64,000 nt of DNA from an uncultured Ruminococcus sp. (GTDB taxonomy: Bacteria; Bacillota; Clostridia; Oscillospirales; CAG-382): assembly GCA_964487775.1 (NCBI GenBank), contig CAZASH010000001.1, forward strand, positions 403,565 through 467,564. The letters are read 5' to 3'. The notes under the pieces were generated by a model. The model saw only the letters and a list, made by a program, of their open reading frames with translations, ran no database searches and was not told where the DNA came from. The number at the start of each line of letters is the position of its first letter. Position 1 is the stretch's first letter. A program made the position numbers and the translations under genes. Shown one piece after another: positions 19,301 to 29,498 of the stretch.

Positions 19301-19873
19301 GCGATACGGATATTTATTCTGCGGTGTAAATATGTCGAGAATGCCGCCTCTGACAGCAAACTGTCCTGCGCCCTCGACGAGGTCACACTGAGAATAGCCG
19401 CACTCGATAAGCTTCTTTTTAATATTAGAAAGCGAAGCGCATTTGCCGCGTTCGAGCGTAAAGGCTCGCTCTGACAATACTTTTGCAGGGATAGTATACT
19501 GCGCTGCCGCATCCGGTGTGGTTATCACGACATCGCAGGTCCTGCACAAAACAGCATAAAGCGCCGCTATGCGCTGCTGCTCAAACTCCTTTGAATAAGT
19601 GCCTATGTTGTCAAAGACATAGTCGCGCGCAGGATAAACGACAGCCTCGAGTCCTATGGCACACAAGCCGTCGCAGAGCTTTTCACACTCGCGCTCGTCG
19701 GCAGCCAATATAAGTGTGACCTTGCCTGTATCCTCGGTGAGCGCACCTGCAAAAAACGGACGCGCCGATTCGCACACTCCCGTGACTATCGCAGGGGCTA
19801 TGCCCGCTTTGATCCCGTCTATCAGAGCAGAATATTCGTTATCGCGTCTGAAATAATCGTAAATATAATTCAT
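16391..19873 (-). CDS. mfd: Transcription-repair coupling factor
   Basis: 1160 aa with helicase motifs GDVGFGKTEV, DEEQRFGV, TATPIPRT and GRVGRS. ATGA overlap with the pth stop. Confidence 0.95.
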   Translation of the reverse strand: MNYIYDYFRRDNEYSALIDGIKAGIAPAIVTGVCESARPFFAGALTEDTGKVTLILAADERECEKLCDGLCAIGLEAVVYPARDYVFDNIGTYSKEFEQQRIAALYAVLCRTCDVVITTPDAAAQYTIPAKVLSERAFTLERGKCASLSNIKKKLIECGYSQCDLVEGAGQFAVRGGILDIFTPQNKYPYRIDFFGDEIDLIGEFDIETQRRTENHRSLTVLPCREVITDPESSERMIAEIDRLLAAPKTADKIKETLRRERSDLEAGMQVSFADRFFTLVYDKNECLLDYLGKGILCQIYDTQKVKERKKAFDWTYGENIESLVKNGCCTYKTPVSALMGDEFYARLPAMTVACDIFSSSGRLLPYKAQYTLIAETQSGFGGKQDVMLDELKTTATKDKALLLLCRTKRSAEIMFEMLAEHGFTVSMLAGKLDKGCVTVGYIEDGASLPFGFSLPKTGLVLLTDRDAAARNTPTRRRSKAGSIHKGERIASYADLSVGDIVVHVNHGIGRYEGVKTLVTEGVTRDYIKIVYADNGILYVPCNQLDMVSKYVCGGDNVKLSKMGSSEWQKAKAKARLAAQDIAKELIRLYAERQQKEGFAFPPDDEMQEEFEAGFEYSETECQMRAAAEIKSDMQQSRPMDRLLCGDVGFGKTEVSLRAAFKCVFSGKQCAILVPTTILAMQHYQTLLARFRGYPVNIAMMSRFVTKAEQSRVIKDLAKGAVDIVVGTHRLLQKDVVFDDLGLLIVDEEQRFGVKHKESIKMLAQNTDVLTLTATPIPRTLNMALSGIRDMSVLEEAPTDRMPVQSYVLEHDDAVIDEAIRRELRRGGQVFYLHNNVDSIYSRAAAIAQRFPDSNVAIGHGKMDKEELSDVWSGMVQGEIDILVCTTIIETGVNVPNANTLIIEDADRMGLSQLHQIRGRVGRSSRKAYAYFTYRPEKILSEIATKRLEAIREFTEFGSGFKIAMRDLELRGAGNLLGSEQSGHMEAIGYDLYIKILEDAVNELKGKPAKQEQSCTVDILVDSFIGDDYIDSSKIRMDVYRKIAHIRNTAEYNDLYDELSDRFGDPPRSAQNLMKVSLIRNAASACGFRLIEQRDTQLLLHNDRLDMAAASAVAADSDLRGRVLINAGNAPYIAYRLQKGTDIPEVLSQILKIYAQNHKN

Positions 19874-20463
19874 TTATTATACCTGCTCATGGCTTTTTCT
19901 GAGTTGCCCGAGACAAAAAGCTCGATCGCCGGCGGCAGATCGGCGAAGCCCTCGGATATCTTATCAGCATCGGGCAATGGAATATTGCCGAGAACATAGT
20001 CGGCAAGGTCCATATCGGGGTGCGGCTTTTCGCCTATGCCGACCTTGAAGCGCGGAAACGCGTCTGTGCCGAGACACGATATAATGCTTTTGATGCCGTT
20101 GTGTCCGCCTGCGCTGCCTTTAAGGCGCATTCTGTGCGAGCCTATCGGTAAGCTGCAATCGTCGAATATGATTATTATATTCTGAGGCTGAACCTTATAA
20201 AACCTTGCGGCATCGGCGATCGCCTCGCCAGAAAGGTTCATAAATGTCTGTGGCTTTAAGAGCAAAACTCCCCTGTCGTTTATCACGCACCTGCCTGTAA
20301 GCGCCTTGTGCTTTAATCTGTCAAGCTTGGCGCCGTAATGCTTTGCAATGCTGTCAACAGCCATAAAGCCGACGTTGTGACGCGTCGCCGCATACTGCAG
20401 ACCGGGGTTGCCGAGCCCTGCAATGATATATTCTATTTTCTGTGAAGACGCTCCAAACAGCAT
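19870..20463 (-). CDS. pth: Peptidyl-tRNA hydrolase
   Basis: IIAGLGNPG and GGHNGIKS motifs. ATG at 20463 is preceded by ggagg 9 nt upstream; the ORF's TTG at 20493 is less likely. Confidence 0.9.
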   Translation of the reverse strand: MLFGASSQKIEYIIAGLGNPGLQYAATRHNVGFMAVDSIAKHYGAKLDRLKHKALTGRCVINDRGVLLLKPQTFMNLSGEAIADAARFYKVQPQNIIIIFDDCSLPIGSHRMRLKGSAGGHNGIKSIISCLGTDAFPRFKVGIGEKPHPDMDLADYVLGNIPLPDADKISEGFADLPPAIELFVSGNSEKAMSRYNK

Positions 20464-20554
20464 TATAACCAGCCTCCGCCATTTAAAAATCAAGTTATTT
20501 TATACCGCAAACGGATTTTTGTCAAGCGTGGCAAGGTTTTTTTGCACATATTGC

Positions 20555-20582
20555 CAAAAAATACTTGCCAAATTTCAAATCT
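20555..20582 (+). promoter_or_regulatory. Sigma-70-type promoter for ppdK
   Basis: TTGCCA-16 nt-(TGg)TATAAT. Confidence 0.6.
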
Positions 20583-20627
20583 GTGGTATAATAAAGCATA
20601 AAACTAATTTGGAGGATATGACTGCGT

Positions 20628-23255
20628 ATGTCAAAAAAGTACTGTTATCTTTTTACCGAAGGCAATGCAAATATGCGTGAGCTGCTCGGCGGCAAAGGCG
20701 CTAACCTTGCAGAAATGACCAATCTGGGGCTGCCCGTCCCTCAAGGCTTTACCATTTCTACCGAAGCCTGCACCCAATATTACAACGACGGCAGAAGCAT
20801 AAGCCCCGAAATCAGAGCAGAGGTGCTCGAGTATATCAAAAAGATGGAGGCGGTCACAGGCAAAAAATTTGGCGACAAGCAAAATCCGTTGCTCGTTTCT
20901 GTCAGATCCGGTGCGAGAGCATCCATGCCCGGCATGATGGACACCATTCTCAACCTCGGACTTAACGAAGAGGTCGTCAACACCATCGCCGCAAAGAGCG
21001 GCAATCCGAGATGGGCTTGGGACTGCTATCGCAGATTTATCCAGATGTATTCCGACGTCGTCATGGAGGTCGGCAAAAAATATTTTGAAGCGCTCATCGA
21101 TGAGCTTAAAGAGCAGAGAGGCATCACTCTCGACACAGAGATGACCCCCGAGGATCTGCAGAACCTCGTCATCAAATATAAGGCAGAATATCTGCAAAAG
21201 GTCGGCAAGCCGTTCCCCGACGATCCCATCGAGCAATTGTTCGGTGCTATCGAGGCTGTTTTCCGCAGCTGGGACAACGAGCGCGCCAACGTATATCGTC
21301 GTGACAACGACATCCCCTACAGCTGGGGCACGGCAGTCAACATCCAGATGATGGTATTCGGCAACATGGGCGAGACCTCAGGCACAGGTGTTGCATTCAC
21401 ACGCAACCCTGCAACAGGCGCAAAAGAGCTCATGGGCGAATATCTTATGAACGCTCAGGGCGAGGACGTCGTCGCAGGCGTTCGTACCCCCTTCAAGATC
21501 AGCCACATGGCAGAAGCCATGCCTGACGTATACGAAGAATTCACCCGCATATGCAATATACTCGAGCAGCATTACCGTGACATGCAGGACATGGAGTTCA
21601 CCATCGAGGACAAAAAGCTCTATATGCTTCAGACCCGCAGCGGCAAGCGCACCGCAAAGGCGGCGCTCACCATCGCCTGCGACCTCGTTGACGAGGGAAT
21701 GCGCACCGAGCAGGAAGCATTGCTGATGATAGATCCCCGCAACCTCGACACCCTGCTGCATCCGCAGTTCGATGCCAAGGTCATCAAAGAGACACAGCCT
21801 CTCGGCGAAGGTCTTGCCGCATCGCCCGGCGCTGCCGCAGGCCGAATAGTTTTCACCGCAAAGGACGCCAAGGAATGGAAGGAGCGTGGCGAAAAGGTCG
21901 TGCTCGTTCGTCTTGAGACCTCGCCCGAGGACATCGAGGGCATGAAGGCTTCACAGGGCATACTTACCGTTCGCGGCGGCATGACCAGCCACGCAGCAGT
22001 CGTTGCGAGAGGCATGGGCACGTGCTGTGTTTCGGGCTGCACTCAGATAAACATCGACGAGGACAAAAAGGTCTTTGAGCTCGGCGGAGTTCATTTCGCA
22101 GAGGGCGACGAGATCTCGATAGACGGCTCGACAGGCAAGATATACAAAGGACTTATTCCCACCGTTGATGCAGAGATAGGCGGAGAATTCGGCCGCATCA
22201 TGGCTTGGGCTGACAAATATCGCAGGCTCAAGGTCCGCACAAACGCCGACACCGAGAGAGACGCTCGCAAGGCTTATGAGCTTGGCGCAGAAGGCATAGG
22301 ACTCTGCCGCACCGAGCATATGTTCTTTGACAAGATCGCAGAGATCCGCGAGATGATCTGCGCCGACACTGTCGAAGCACGCGAGGCAGCACTCGAAAAG
22401 ATATTGCCTCTGCAGCAGCACGAGTTCGAAACTCTTTACGAAGCAATGCAGGGCAACCCCATCACCATCAGATTCCTTGATCCCCCTCTCCACGAGTTTG
22501 TTCCTACCGAGGCTGAGGACATAGAGAAGCTGGCAAAGACCACCGGCAAGACTGTCGACGCCATCAACGCTATAATCGCTTCTTTGCACGAATTCAACCC
22601 GATGATGGGTCACAGAGGCTGCCGTCTGGCTGTCACTTACCCCGAGATCGCCGCAATGCAGACGAAGGCTGTTATACGCGCCGCTCTCAACGTGCAGAAG
22701 GCTCATCCCGATTGGCACATCGTGCCCGAGATCATGATTCCGCTGGTAGGCGAGGTCAAGGAGCTGGCATTTGTCAAGACTACAATCGTTGCGACCGCAG
22801 ATGCAGAGCTTGCCGCAGCAGGCAGCGATATGCACTATAAGGTCGGCACGATGATCGAGATACCTCGTGCAGCGCTCACCGCCGACGACGTCGCAAAAGA
22901 GGCAGAATTCTTCTCGTTCGGCACTAACGACCTTACGCAGATGACGTTCGGCTTCAGCCGTGACGACGCAGGCAAGTTCCTGCCCTCTTATTACTCAAAC
23001 AAGATATATGAGAACGATCCCTTTGCAAAGCTTGACCAGACAGGCGTCGGCAAGCTTATGAAGATGGCAACCGAGCTTGGTCGCTCGACCCGTCCCGACC
23101 TCAAGGTCGGCATCTGCGGCGAGCACGGCGGTGACCCGTCTTCTGTCGAATTCTGCAACAGCATAGGACTCGACTATGTTTCGTGCTCCCCCTTCCGTGT
23201 GCCTATCGCAAGGCTCTCGGCAGCGCAGGCAGCCATCAAGCAGAGCAACGGCTGA
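20628..23255 (+). CDS. ppdK: Pyruvate, phosphate dikinase
   Basis: 875 aa with GGKGANLAEM, phosphohistidine loop GGMTSHAAVVARG and C-terminal CGEHGGDP. Confidence 0.95.
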   Translation: MSKKYCYLFTEGNANMRELLGGKGANLAEMTNLGLPVPQGFTISTEACTQYYNDGRSISPEIRAEVLEYIKKMEAVTGKKFGDKQNPLLVSVRSGARASMPGMMDTILNLGLNEEVVNTIAAKSGNPRWAWDCYRRFIQMYSDVVMEVGKKYFEALIDELKEQRGITLDTEMTPEDLQNLVIKYKAEYLQKVGKPFPDDPIEQLFGAIEAVFRSWDNERANVYRRDNDIPYSWGTAVNIQMMVFGNMGETSGTGVAFTRNPATGAKELMGEYLMNAQGEDVVAGVRTPFKISHMAEAMPDVYEEFTRICNILEQHYRDMQDMEFTIEDKKLYMLQTRSGKRTAKAALTIACDLVDEGMRTEQEALLMIDPRNLDTLLHPQFDAKVIKETQPLGEGLAASPGAAAGRIVFTAKDAKEWKERGEKVVLVRLETSPEDIEGMKASQGILTVRGGMTSHAAVVARGMGTCCVSGCTQINIDEDKKVFELGGVHFAEGDEISIDGSTGKIYKGLIPTVDAEIGGEFGRIMAWADKYRRLKVRTNADTERDARKAYELGAEGIGLCRTEHMFFDKIAEIREMICADTVEAREAALEKILPLQQHEFETLYEAMQGNPITIRFLDPPLHEFVPTEAEDIEKLAKTTGKTVDAINAIIASLHEFNPMMGHRGCRLAVTYPEIAAMQTKAVIRAALNVQKAHPDWHIVPEIMIPLVGEVKELAFVKTTIVATADAELAAAGSDMHYKVGTMIEIPRAALTADDVAKEAEFFSFGTNDLTQMTFGFSRDDAGKFLPSYYSNKIYENDPFAKLDQTGVGKLMKMATELGRSTRPDLKVGICGEHGGDPSSVEFCNSIGLDYVSCSPFRVPIARLSAAQAAIKQSNG

Positions 23256-23292
23256 TCGCACTCCGTAATACCTTAAATACCCACCACTTTAT

Positions 23293-23335
23293 CCCCACGG
23301 AGCGCATTTGTGCTCCGTGGGGCTTGGCTTTAATT
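23293..23335 (+). terminator. Intrinsic terminator after ppdK
   Basis: ccccacggagc-gcatttgt-gctccgtgggg followed by cttggctttaatttt. Confidence 0.65.
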
Positions 23336-23340
23336 TTGAA

Positions 23341-24363
23341 ATGGACGTATATACACACAGCATCTTATCACAAACCAAAAAAATCGACAGGCGCTATGCC
23401 GGCACGTTGTCTTTAGTGCTTTTGTCAGTAGCGTTTTGTCTGACTCTCATATTTGCACTTGACCCTATATATGAGCTTTTGAGAGAGCCGTTGCTTTCAT
23501 TAATAGAAATAATAGACCCATCTCCGCAAAACGAGAACGCAGTTCGCGAGACGGTTTCAATGCTCGCATCTATAATTCTTTCGGCGCTCGCGATACTGCT
23601 GCCGACATTGCCGCTTTGCCTCACTCGCCGCAGAACACCAAAAGCCGTGTGCGCTTCGCCGAGCAAAAAGCCTGATGTAAATATTTTCGCTTATATTCCT
23701 TTTGCTATAGGAATGGGCTATTTTGCTTCTCTTGCGGCAAATATTTTGTTTGGAGAAACAAGCAGATTTATAGAAACCGAAGCAGGCTTTTTGCCCTCTA
23801 CAATACCGGGCACGATACTTTATTTTGTCTATATAGCCGTGTTACCTGCGATAGCCGAGGAGATAATGTTCCGCGGCGTGGTAATGGGCGCACTTATGCC
23901 GTATGGCAGAACGCAGGCGCTGGTGATATCGGCGGTGCTTTTCGGACTGACGCACGTCAATCCGATACAGGCGATATTCGCAACGGCTATGGGCTTGCTC
24001 ATAGGAGAGCTTTATGCGCAGACCGGCAGCATCTGGTGGGGCGCTTTGATACATTTTTTAAATAATGCCATATCATCTGCAGTAACTTACCTGTTGCAAA
24101 TTTACGGAGAAGATGATATTATAGTGCTTGGCATGTTCGGCTTAGTGGTTCTTGCGATAATGACATTTGCGATAGCGTATGGCACAGTGCTTGTTGTACG
24201 AGCAAATAAAAAGAGAAGGCTGGTCGACCTCGCTCCCCCGCCCGACGGCTCATATCGCACGCTGCGTGATGCCGCAAAGCAGTTGCTGGGCAGGAGCGCT
24301 TATGCGACAGCGATGTTCTGCGCCGCATATGCCATATCGCTTATAAGCAGGTATTATCAATGA
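23341..24363 (+). CDS. CPBP-family intramembrane glutamic endopeptidase (CAAX protease/Abi family)
   Basis: EEIMFRG (EExxxR) and HFLNN (HxxxN) motifs in a polytopic membrane protein. ATG at 23341 was chosen because the TTG at 23308 lies inside the terminator hairpin; no clear RBS. Confidence 0.75.
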   Translation: MDVYTHSILSQTKKIDRRYAGTLSLVLLSVAFCLTLIFALDPIYELLREPLLSLIEIIDPSPQNENAVRETVSMLASIILSALAILLPTLPLCLTRRRTPKAVCASPSKKPDVNIFAYIPFAIGMGYFASLAANILFGETSRFIETEAGFLPSTIPGTILYFVYIAVLPAIAEEIMFRGVVMGALMPYGRTQALVISAVLFGLTHVNPIQAIFATAMGLLIGELYAQTGSIWWGALIHFLNNAISSAVTYLLQIYGEDDIIVLGMFGLVVLAIMTFAIAYGTVLVVRANKKRRLVDLAPPPDGSYRTLRDAAKQLLGRSAYATAMFCAAYAISLISRYYQ

Positions 24364-24863
24364 CCGGAATAACCGAAATAATCGACGAAAAATTCATGCG
24401 CATAGCCATGCACTATGCAAAGCTTGCAGAAAGGTACGGTGAAGTGCCTATAGGCGCAGTTGTCGTCAAGGATGGCGAGGTGCTTTCATGGGGGCGCAAC
24501 AGACGTGAAAAGAGTCAGAACGCTTTGTGCCACGCCGAAATCGAAGCGATAAGCAAGGCGTGCCACAAATGCGGCAGCTGGCGGCTTGAGGGCTGTACGC
24601 TGTATGTTACGCACGAGCCGTGTGTGATGTGCGCAGGTACGATAGTCGCCTCACGCATCGAGCGTGTTGTTTACGGCTCGACCGAAAGGCGGTTTGGCGC
24701 TTATACCACGATCGGCATCGACAAGCTCGAGCTGAACCACAAATGCTATGTTACAGGCGGCGTTTTGGGCGAAGAATGCTCTGAAATGCTCTCGAGCTTT
24801 TTTGCAAAACTGCGCAAAAGCAAAGCAGGCAACGACAAGGAGGAAGATATAAATGGCAACTAA
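24360..24863 (+). CDS. tadA: tRNA adenosine(34) deaminase
   Basis: CHAEIEAI and PCVMCAG zinc-binding motifs; ATGA overlap with the upstream gene. Confidence 0.9.
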   Translation: MTGITEIIDEKFMRIAMHYAKLAERYGEVPIGAVVVKDGEVLSWGRNRREKSQNALCHAEIEAISKACHKCGSWRLEGCTLYVTHEPCVMCAGTIVASRIERVVYGSTERRFGAYTTIGIDKLELNHKCYVTGGVLGEECSEMLSSFFAKLRKSKAGNDKEEDINGN

Positions 24864-26778
24864 CAAACAAAAATTTTATATTACCACGGCGATTCCCTAT
24901 ACCTCGGCAAAGCCTCATGTGGGCAACGTTTACGAGGCGGTATTGACCGATGCGATAGCACGCCAAAAGCGTTTGGCGGGCTATGACGTGTTCTTTTTAA
25001 CCGGCACCGACGAGCACGGCATCAAGATAGAGCAAAAGGCAAAGGCCACAGGCGTTACGCCAAAGCAGTATGTCGACAATATTTCGGGCGTCATCAGAGA
25101 TCTGTGGGATAAATTTGAGATCTCATACGACAAATTCATACGCACGACAGACGAAGAGCATATAAAGGTCATACAGCAGATATTCAAAAAGCTTTATGAG
25201 CAGGGCGATATATACAAATCCTCGTATGAGGGCAACTATTGCACCCCGTGCGAATCATTCTGGACAGATACGCAGCTTGTAGACGGCTGCTGCCCCGATT
25301 GCGGAGCCAAGGTCACGAGGGCATCCGAAGAGGCTTATTTCTTCAGACTTTCTAAATACGCCGACAAGCTCATCGAATATTATGAGAGCGACCCCGACTT
25401 TTTCATTCCCGAATCCCGCAAGAACGAGATGGTCAACAACTTTATCAAGCCCGGCTTGCAGGATCTGTGCGTTTCACGCACGTCGTTCACCTGGGGCGTT
25501 CCTGTCGATTTTGACCCCAAGCATGTCGTTTATGTCTGGATGGACGCACTGCCCAACTATATTTCGGCACTCGGATACGACACCGAGAACCCCTCTGAGC
25601 TTTATAAAAAATACTGGCCCGCAGATCTGCACGTCATAGGCAAGGACGTCGTCAGATTCCATACTATCTATTGGCCTATATTCCTGCTCGCACTCGGCGA
25701 GCCGCTGCCCAAGACAGTGCTCGGTCACCCGTGGCTGCTCATGAACAACGACAAGATGAGCAAATCAAAGGGCAATCTGCTCTATGGCGACGATCTGATA
25801 GAGCTTTTCGGACTCGATGCGATAAGATATTATCTGCTGGCAGAGCTCGGACTGCAAAACGACGGCAACATCTCGTATGATGCGATAATCACCAGAACAA
25901 ACACAGAGCTTGCCAATATTTTCGGCAACCTCGTTTCGCGCACCGCCTCGATGATCAAGCAATATTTCGGTGGCAACGTGCCGAGCGTCAAAGAGCGTGG
26001 CGAGCTTTCTATCGCACTCGAAAAGGCTATTGCCGAAGAAGCCAAAACGGCGCTTGCGCTTATGGAAAAATATGCCTATGCAGATGCTACCGAGCATATC
26101 ATGGCGGTATTCAAGCTCTGCAACAAATATATCGACGACACCGCCCCGTGGGTGCTTGCACGTGATATGCAGGCAAACGGTGATGCCCTGGCGACAGTCA
26201 TGGCAGATCTCGTCGAGGGCATACGCAGCGGCATAGTTCTGCTGACACCCTTTATTCCCGATTCTGTCAAAAAGGTCGTCGACTGCTTTGGCTATACAAA
26301 TGTCGGCTATGACGATCTCGGAGCGTTCGTTTATAACGCCGAGGGCAACTGCCTTGGCGAAACTCCCCTGCTTTTCAAGCGCATAGATAAAAATGCGTTC
26401 GACAAGATGATCAAAGAGCGCGAAGCAGAGGCTGAGCGCAAGGCAGAGGAAGGCAAGATCTCGATAGACGATTTCGGCAAGGTCAGCCTCGTTGTCGGTC
26501 AGATAACAGAGTGCGAGCCTGTGCCCAAATCAGACAAGCTTTATAAATTATCCGTCGACATCGGCACAGAAAAGCGCCAGGTCGCATCAGGCATCGCAAA
26601 GCATTATACCTGCGAGCAGTTAGTGGGCAAAAAGGTCGTCTTGGTCGAAAACCTCAAGTCTGCCGTACTGCGCGGTGTCAAGAGCAGCGGCATGATACTT
26701 GCAAGCGACGACGGCAACGGCGGCGTAAAGGTGCTGTTTGTTGACGATTCCGTGCCTGTCGGAAGCAAGGTGAGATAA
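24853..26778 (+). CDS. metG: Methionine--tRNA ligase (with C-terminal tRNA-binding/EMAPII-like domain)
   Basis: HVGNVYE (HIGH-class), KMSKSKGN, and a CxxC...CxxC knuckle (CTPCESF...CPDCG). Confidence 0.95.
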   Translation: MATNKQKFYITTAIPYTSAKPHVGNVYEAVLTDAIARQKRLAGYDVFFLTGTDEHGIKIEQKAKATGVTPKQYVDNISGVIRDLWDKFEISYDKFIRTTDEEHIKVIQQIFKKLYEQGDIYKSSYEGNYCTPCESFWTDTQLVDGCCPDCGAKVTRASEEAYFFRLSKYADKLIEYYESDPDFFIPESRKNEMVNNFIKPGLQDLCVSRTSFTWGVPVDFDPKHVVYVWMDALPNYISALGYDTENPSELYKKYWPADLHVIGKDVVRFHTIYWPIFLLALGEPLPKTVLGHPWLLMNNDKMSKSKGNLLYGDDLIELFGLDAIRYYLLAELGLQNDGNISYDAIITRTNTELANIFGNLVSRTASMIKQYFGGNVPSVKERGELSIALEKAIAEEAKTALALMEKYAYADATEHIMAVFKLCNKYIDDTAPWVLARDMQANGDALATVMADLVEGIRSGIVLLTPFIPDSVKKVVDCFGYTNVGYDDLGAFVYNAEGNCLGETPLLFKRIDKNAFDKMIKEREAEAERKAEEGKISIDDFGKVSLVVGQITECEPVPKSDKLYKLSVDIGTEKRQVASGIAKHYTCEQLVGKKVVLVENLKSAVLRGVKSSGMILASDDGNGGVKVLFVDDSVPVGSKVR

Positions 26779-27543
26779 ATGTTCGACTGCCACGCACACT
26801 ATGACGACAGAGCGTTCGACTCAGACCGTGACACGCTCATGCACGAGCTTTTTGCAAACGGTGTCAGCGGCATAGTCAACTCCGGCTGCGACCTCGAATC
26901 ATCGCGCGCTTCTTTAGAACTTGCGCACCGATTTGACGGCGTATATGCTTCTGTCGGCGTGCATCCCTGCGGCGCAGACAGTCTGCATGATGGCTGGACA
27001 GACGAGCTCGAAGCGCTGATGCGTGACGAAAAGGCTGTCGCTATCGGAGAGATAGGACTTGATTATTATCACGAGGACTATGCACCGAGAGAAAAGCAGA
27101 TGGGGGTGTTTGACACACAGCTTTCGCTGGCCCAAAAGATCGGCGCAAGAGTCGTCATACACGACCGCGAAGCACACGCAGACTGCATTTCCATGACGCT
27201 TGCGCACAAGGGGCTCATAGGCATGTTCCACTGCTTTTCGGGATCATTGGAGACCGCAAAGCTGCTGCTTGATGCAGGCTGGTATATCTCGGTCGGCGGA
27301 GTATTGACCTATAAAAACGCCAGAGTGCTGCCCGAGGTGGTCGCCTATGTGCCGTTCGACAGGCTGCTCACAGAGACAGACTGCCCGTATCTGACGCCTG
27401 TTCCCAACAGGGGCAAGCGCAACAGATCCGATTATATCACTTATGTTTTGCAGAAGATCGCCGAGATAAAGGGCGTGTCTTTTGACGAAGCAGAACGCAT
27501 CACAGAGCAAAACGCGCGCGATTTTTATCGCCTCAGGGCTTGA
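26779..27543 (+). CDS. TatD-family hydrolase (metal-dependent DNase-like)
   Basis: FDCHAHYD start and GEIGLDY and HDREAH blocks; conserved position after metG. Confidence 0.85.
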   Translation: MFDCHAHYDDRAFDSDRDTLMHELFANGVSGIVNSGCDLESSRASLELAHRFDGVYASVGVHPCGADSLHDGWTDELEALMRDEKAVAIGEIGLDYYHEDYAPREKQMGVFDTQLSLAQKIGARVVIHDREAHADCISMTLAHKGLIGMFHCFSGSLETAKLLLDAGWYISVGGVLTYKNARVLPEVVAYVPFDRLLTETDCPYLTPVPNRGKRNRSDYITYVLQKIAEIKGVSFDEAERITEQNARDFYRLRA

Positions 27544-27691
27544 AATAGCGGGTATTCAATAAAAGCATATGCAATTTTTTGATTTTTTCTGCTTTTTTAA
27601 GCAAAATACCACTTGCAAAACTCGCGCGTTTGTTATAAAATAGGTTGGTTATGATAATAACAATTATTTATTTACGAAAGGAACTTTAATC

Positions 27692-28723
27692 ATGTCAGTC
27701 AAAGTTGCTATCAATGGCTTCGGCCGTATCGGACGCCTTGCGTTCCGTCAGATGTTCGGCGCTGAGGGTTATGACGTAGTTGCCATCAACGACCTCACCG
27801 CTCCCGCTATGCTCGCTCACCTGCTCAAGTATGACACCGCTCAGGGCTCTTACTGCGGCACTATCGGCGAAAACAAGCACACCGTTTCCGCTACCGAAAA
27901 CTCCATCATCGTCGACGGCAAAGAGATCAAGATCTATGCCGAGAAAGACGCTGCAAACTGCCCTTGGGGCGCTCTCGACGTTGACGTCGTTCTCGAGTGC
28001 ACCGGCTTCTATTGCTCCAAAGAAAAGTCGATGGCTCACATCAACGCAGGCGCAAAGAAGGTTGTTATCTCTGCTCCCGCAGGCAACGACCTCAAGACCA
28101 TCGTTTTCAATGTCAACAACGACACTCTGACCGCTGACGATCAGATCATCTCCGCAGCATCCTGCACCACCAACTGCCTCGCTCCTATGGCTAAGGCTCT
28201 CAACGATTACGCTCCCATCCAGTCCGGCATCATGACCACCGTTCACGCTTACACCGGTGACCAGATGATACTCGACGGTCCTCACAGAAAAGGCGATCTC
28301 CGCCGTGCTCGCGCAGGCGCACAGAACATCGTTCCTAACTCGACCGGCGCTGCTAAGGCTATCGGCCTTGTTATCCCCGAACTGAACGGCAAGCTCATCG
28401 GCTCTGCTCAGCGTGTTCCCACCTGCACCGGCTCGACCACTATCCTGGTTGCTGTTGTTAAGGGCAAGGACGTCACCAAAGAAGGCATCAACGCTGCTAT
28501 GAAGGCTGCTGCTAACGAATCCTATGGCTACAACGAAGACGCTATCGTTTCTTCCGACATCATCGGCATGCGTTACGGCTCTCTGTTCGATGCTACCCAG
28601 ACCATGGTTGCCAAGGTTGACGACGATACCTATCAGGTACAGGTCGTTTCGTGGTACGACAACGAGAACTCCTACACCAGCCAGATGGTTCGCACCATCA
28701 AATACTTCTCTGAGCTTAAGTAA
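27692..28723 (+). CDS. gap: Type I glyceraldehyde-3-phosphate dehydrogenase
   Basis: INGFGRIGR Rossmann motif and active site SCTTNCLAP. Confidence 0.95.
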   Translation: MSVKVAINGFGRIGRLAFRQMFGAEGYDVVAINDLTAPAMLAHLLKYDTAQGSYCGTIGENKHTVSATENSIIVDGKEIKIYAEKDAANCPWGALDVDVVLECTGFYCSKEKSMAHINAGAKKVVISAPAGNDLKTIVFNVNNDTLTADDQIISAASCTTNCLAPMAKALNDYAPIQSGIMTTVHAYTGDQMILDGPHRKGDLRRARAGAQNIVPNSTGAAKAIGLVIPELNGKLIGSAQRVPTCTGSTTILVAVVKGKDVTKEGINAAMKAAANESYGYNEDAIVSSDIIGMRYGSLFDATQTMVAKVDDDTYQVQVVSWYDNENSYTSQMVRTIKYFSELK

Positions 28724-28757
28724 TTCAAGTTCAAGATAGTCAAACACTTATAAACAA

Positions 28758-28800
28758 AAAGCGCCGATCTATCGAGCATATCGATCCATCGGCGCTTTTT
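28758..28800 (+). terminator. Intrinsic terminator after gap
   Basis: aaagcgccgat-(19 nt)-atcggcgcttt followed by tt. Confidence 0.65.
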
Positions 28801-28812
28801 ATGTGCAGTGCT

Positions 28813-28849
28813 AAAAAAATTCGGCAGAGCAATGCTCTGCCGATTTTTT
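28813..28849. terminator. Bidirectional intrinsic terminator
   Basis: tcggcagagc-aat-gctctgccga flanked by aaaaaaa upstream and tttttt downstream. Confidence 0.75.
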
Positions 28850-28863
28850 GTATGATATGCAAT

Positions 28864-29439
28864 TTATGCGACCTTGTTGTATTTGTCAAGCGCCTTAAGC
28901 AGCGGCGGCAATATGATGATATTGAGCACAAGTTCGACAACATAATTTATGCCGACAAGCCCGACAATGATAAACGAAATGACGCTGTCATAGCTGCCTG
29001 CGCCTGCGATAAGAAGATCGTTGAACAGCAAAGCGTAAAGCAATACGAATACTGTTGTATTCATAGTAGGTGCTAACGCAGCATAAATATATTTAAAACC
29101 GGTCTCTTGCTTTTTTGCCAGCGAAATAGCGCCTATCAGCAAGCCGACAAGCAGGCATCTGCCGACAGAAAGCAACATTGTCGAAAGCGGATCTATGCCG
29201 AACAGCATAAGTCCTGTCTTGTCAAGGCCTGTAACGCACTGTACGAACACGGTTATGCCGAACACGCCACCCAAAATAGCGCCACCTTCCAAGCCGTAAT
29301 ACCACGCAGCAACAGATATGGGGATAAGCACCAAAGAGAGTGAGAACGGCAAAATGCCTGTGAGCAGTCCCGACAGTAACTGAAGGACGACCGTTATTGC
29401 AGAGAGCACCGCAAGGGTTGCTATTTTTTTAGTCTTCAT
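28864..29439 (-). CDS. ECF transporter S (substrate-capture) component, substrate unknown
   Basis: 191-aa, roughly six-helix membrane protein with the typical N-terminus MKTKKIATLAVLSAITVVLQ. No ecfA/ecfT in the window and no riboswitch in its short leader. Confidence 0.6.
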   Translation of the reverse strand: MKTKKIATLAVLSAITVVLQLLSGLLTGILPFSLSLVLIPISVAAWYYGLEGGAILGGVFGITVFVQCVTGLDKTGLMLFGIDPLSTMLLSVGRCLLVGLLIGAISLAKKQETGFKYIYAALAPTMNTTVFVLLYALLFNDLLIAGAGSYDSVISFIIVGLVGINYVVELVLNIIILPPLLKALDKYNKVA

Positions 29440-29470
29440 TTTCGCCTCCTTGAGAATGTGTAACGCATTG

Positions 29471-29498
29471 ATTATAAATGAAAAATATCACATTTCAA
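29471..29498 (-). promoter_or_regulatory. Sigma-70-type promoter for the ECF S-component gene
   Basis: Minus strand reads TTGAAA-16 nt-TATAAT, about 30 nt upstream of the ATG. Confidence 0.55.

Noticed and set aside
23341-24363. CPBP-family intramembrane protease as the processing enzyme for the FPWW C-terminal motif
   Set aside because: The idea is tempting because some CPBP proteases act as sorting enzymes. However, this gene is 15 to 30 kb from the candidate substrates and overlaps tadA in a housekeeping operon. Nothing in the sequence links it to them, so this stays pure speculation and is not reported as a finding.
27695-28747. 350-aa ORF antisense to gap
   Set aside because: The plus-strand product is an unmistakable GAPDH ([18 protein letters not shown]). 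The antisense frame is a mirror artefact.
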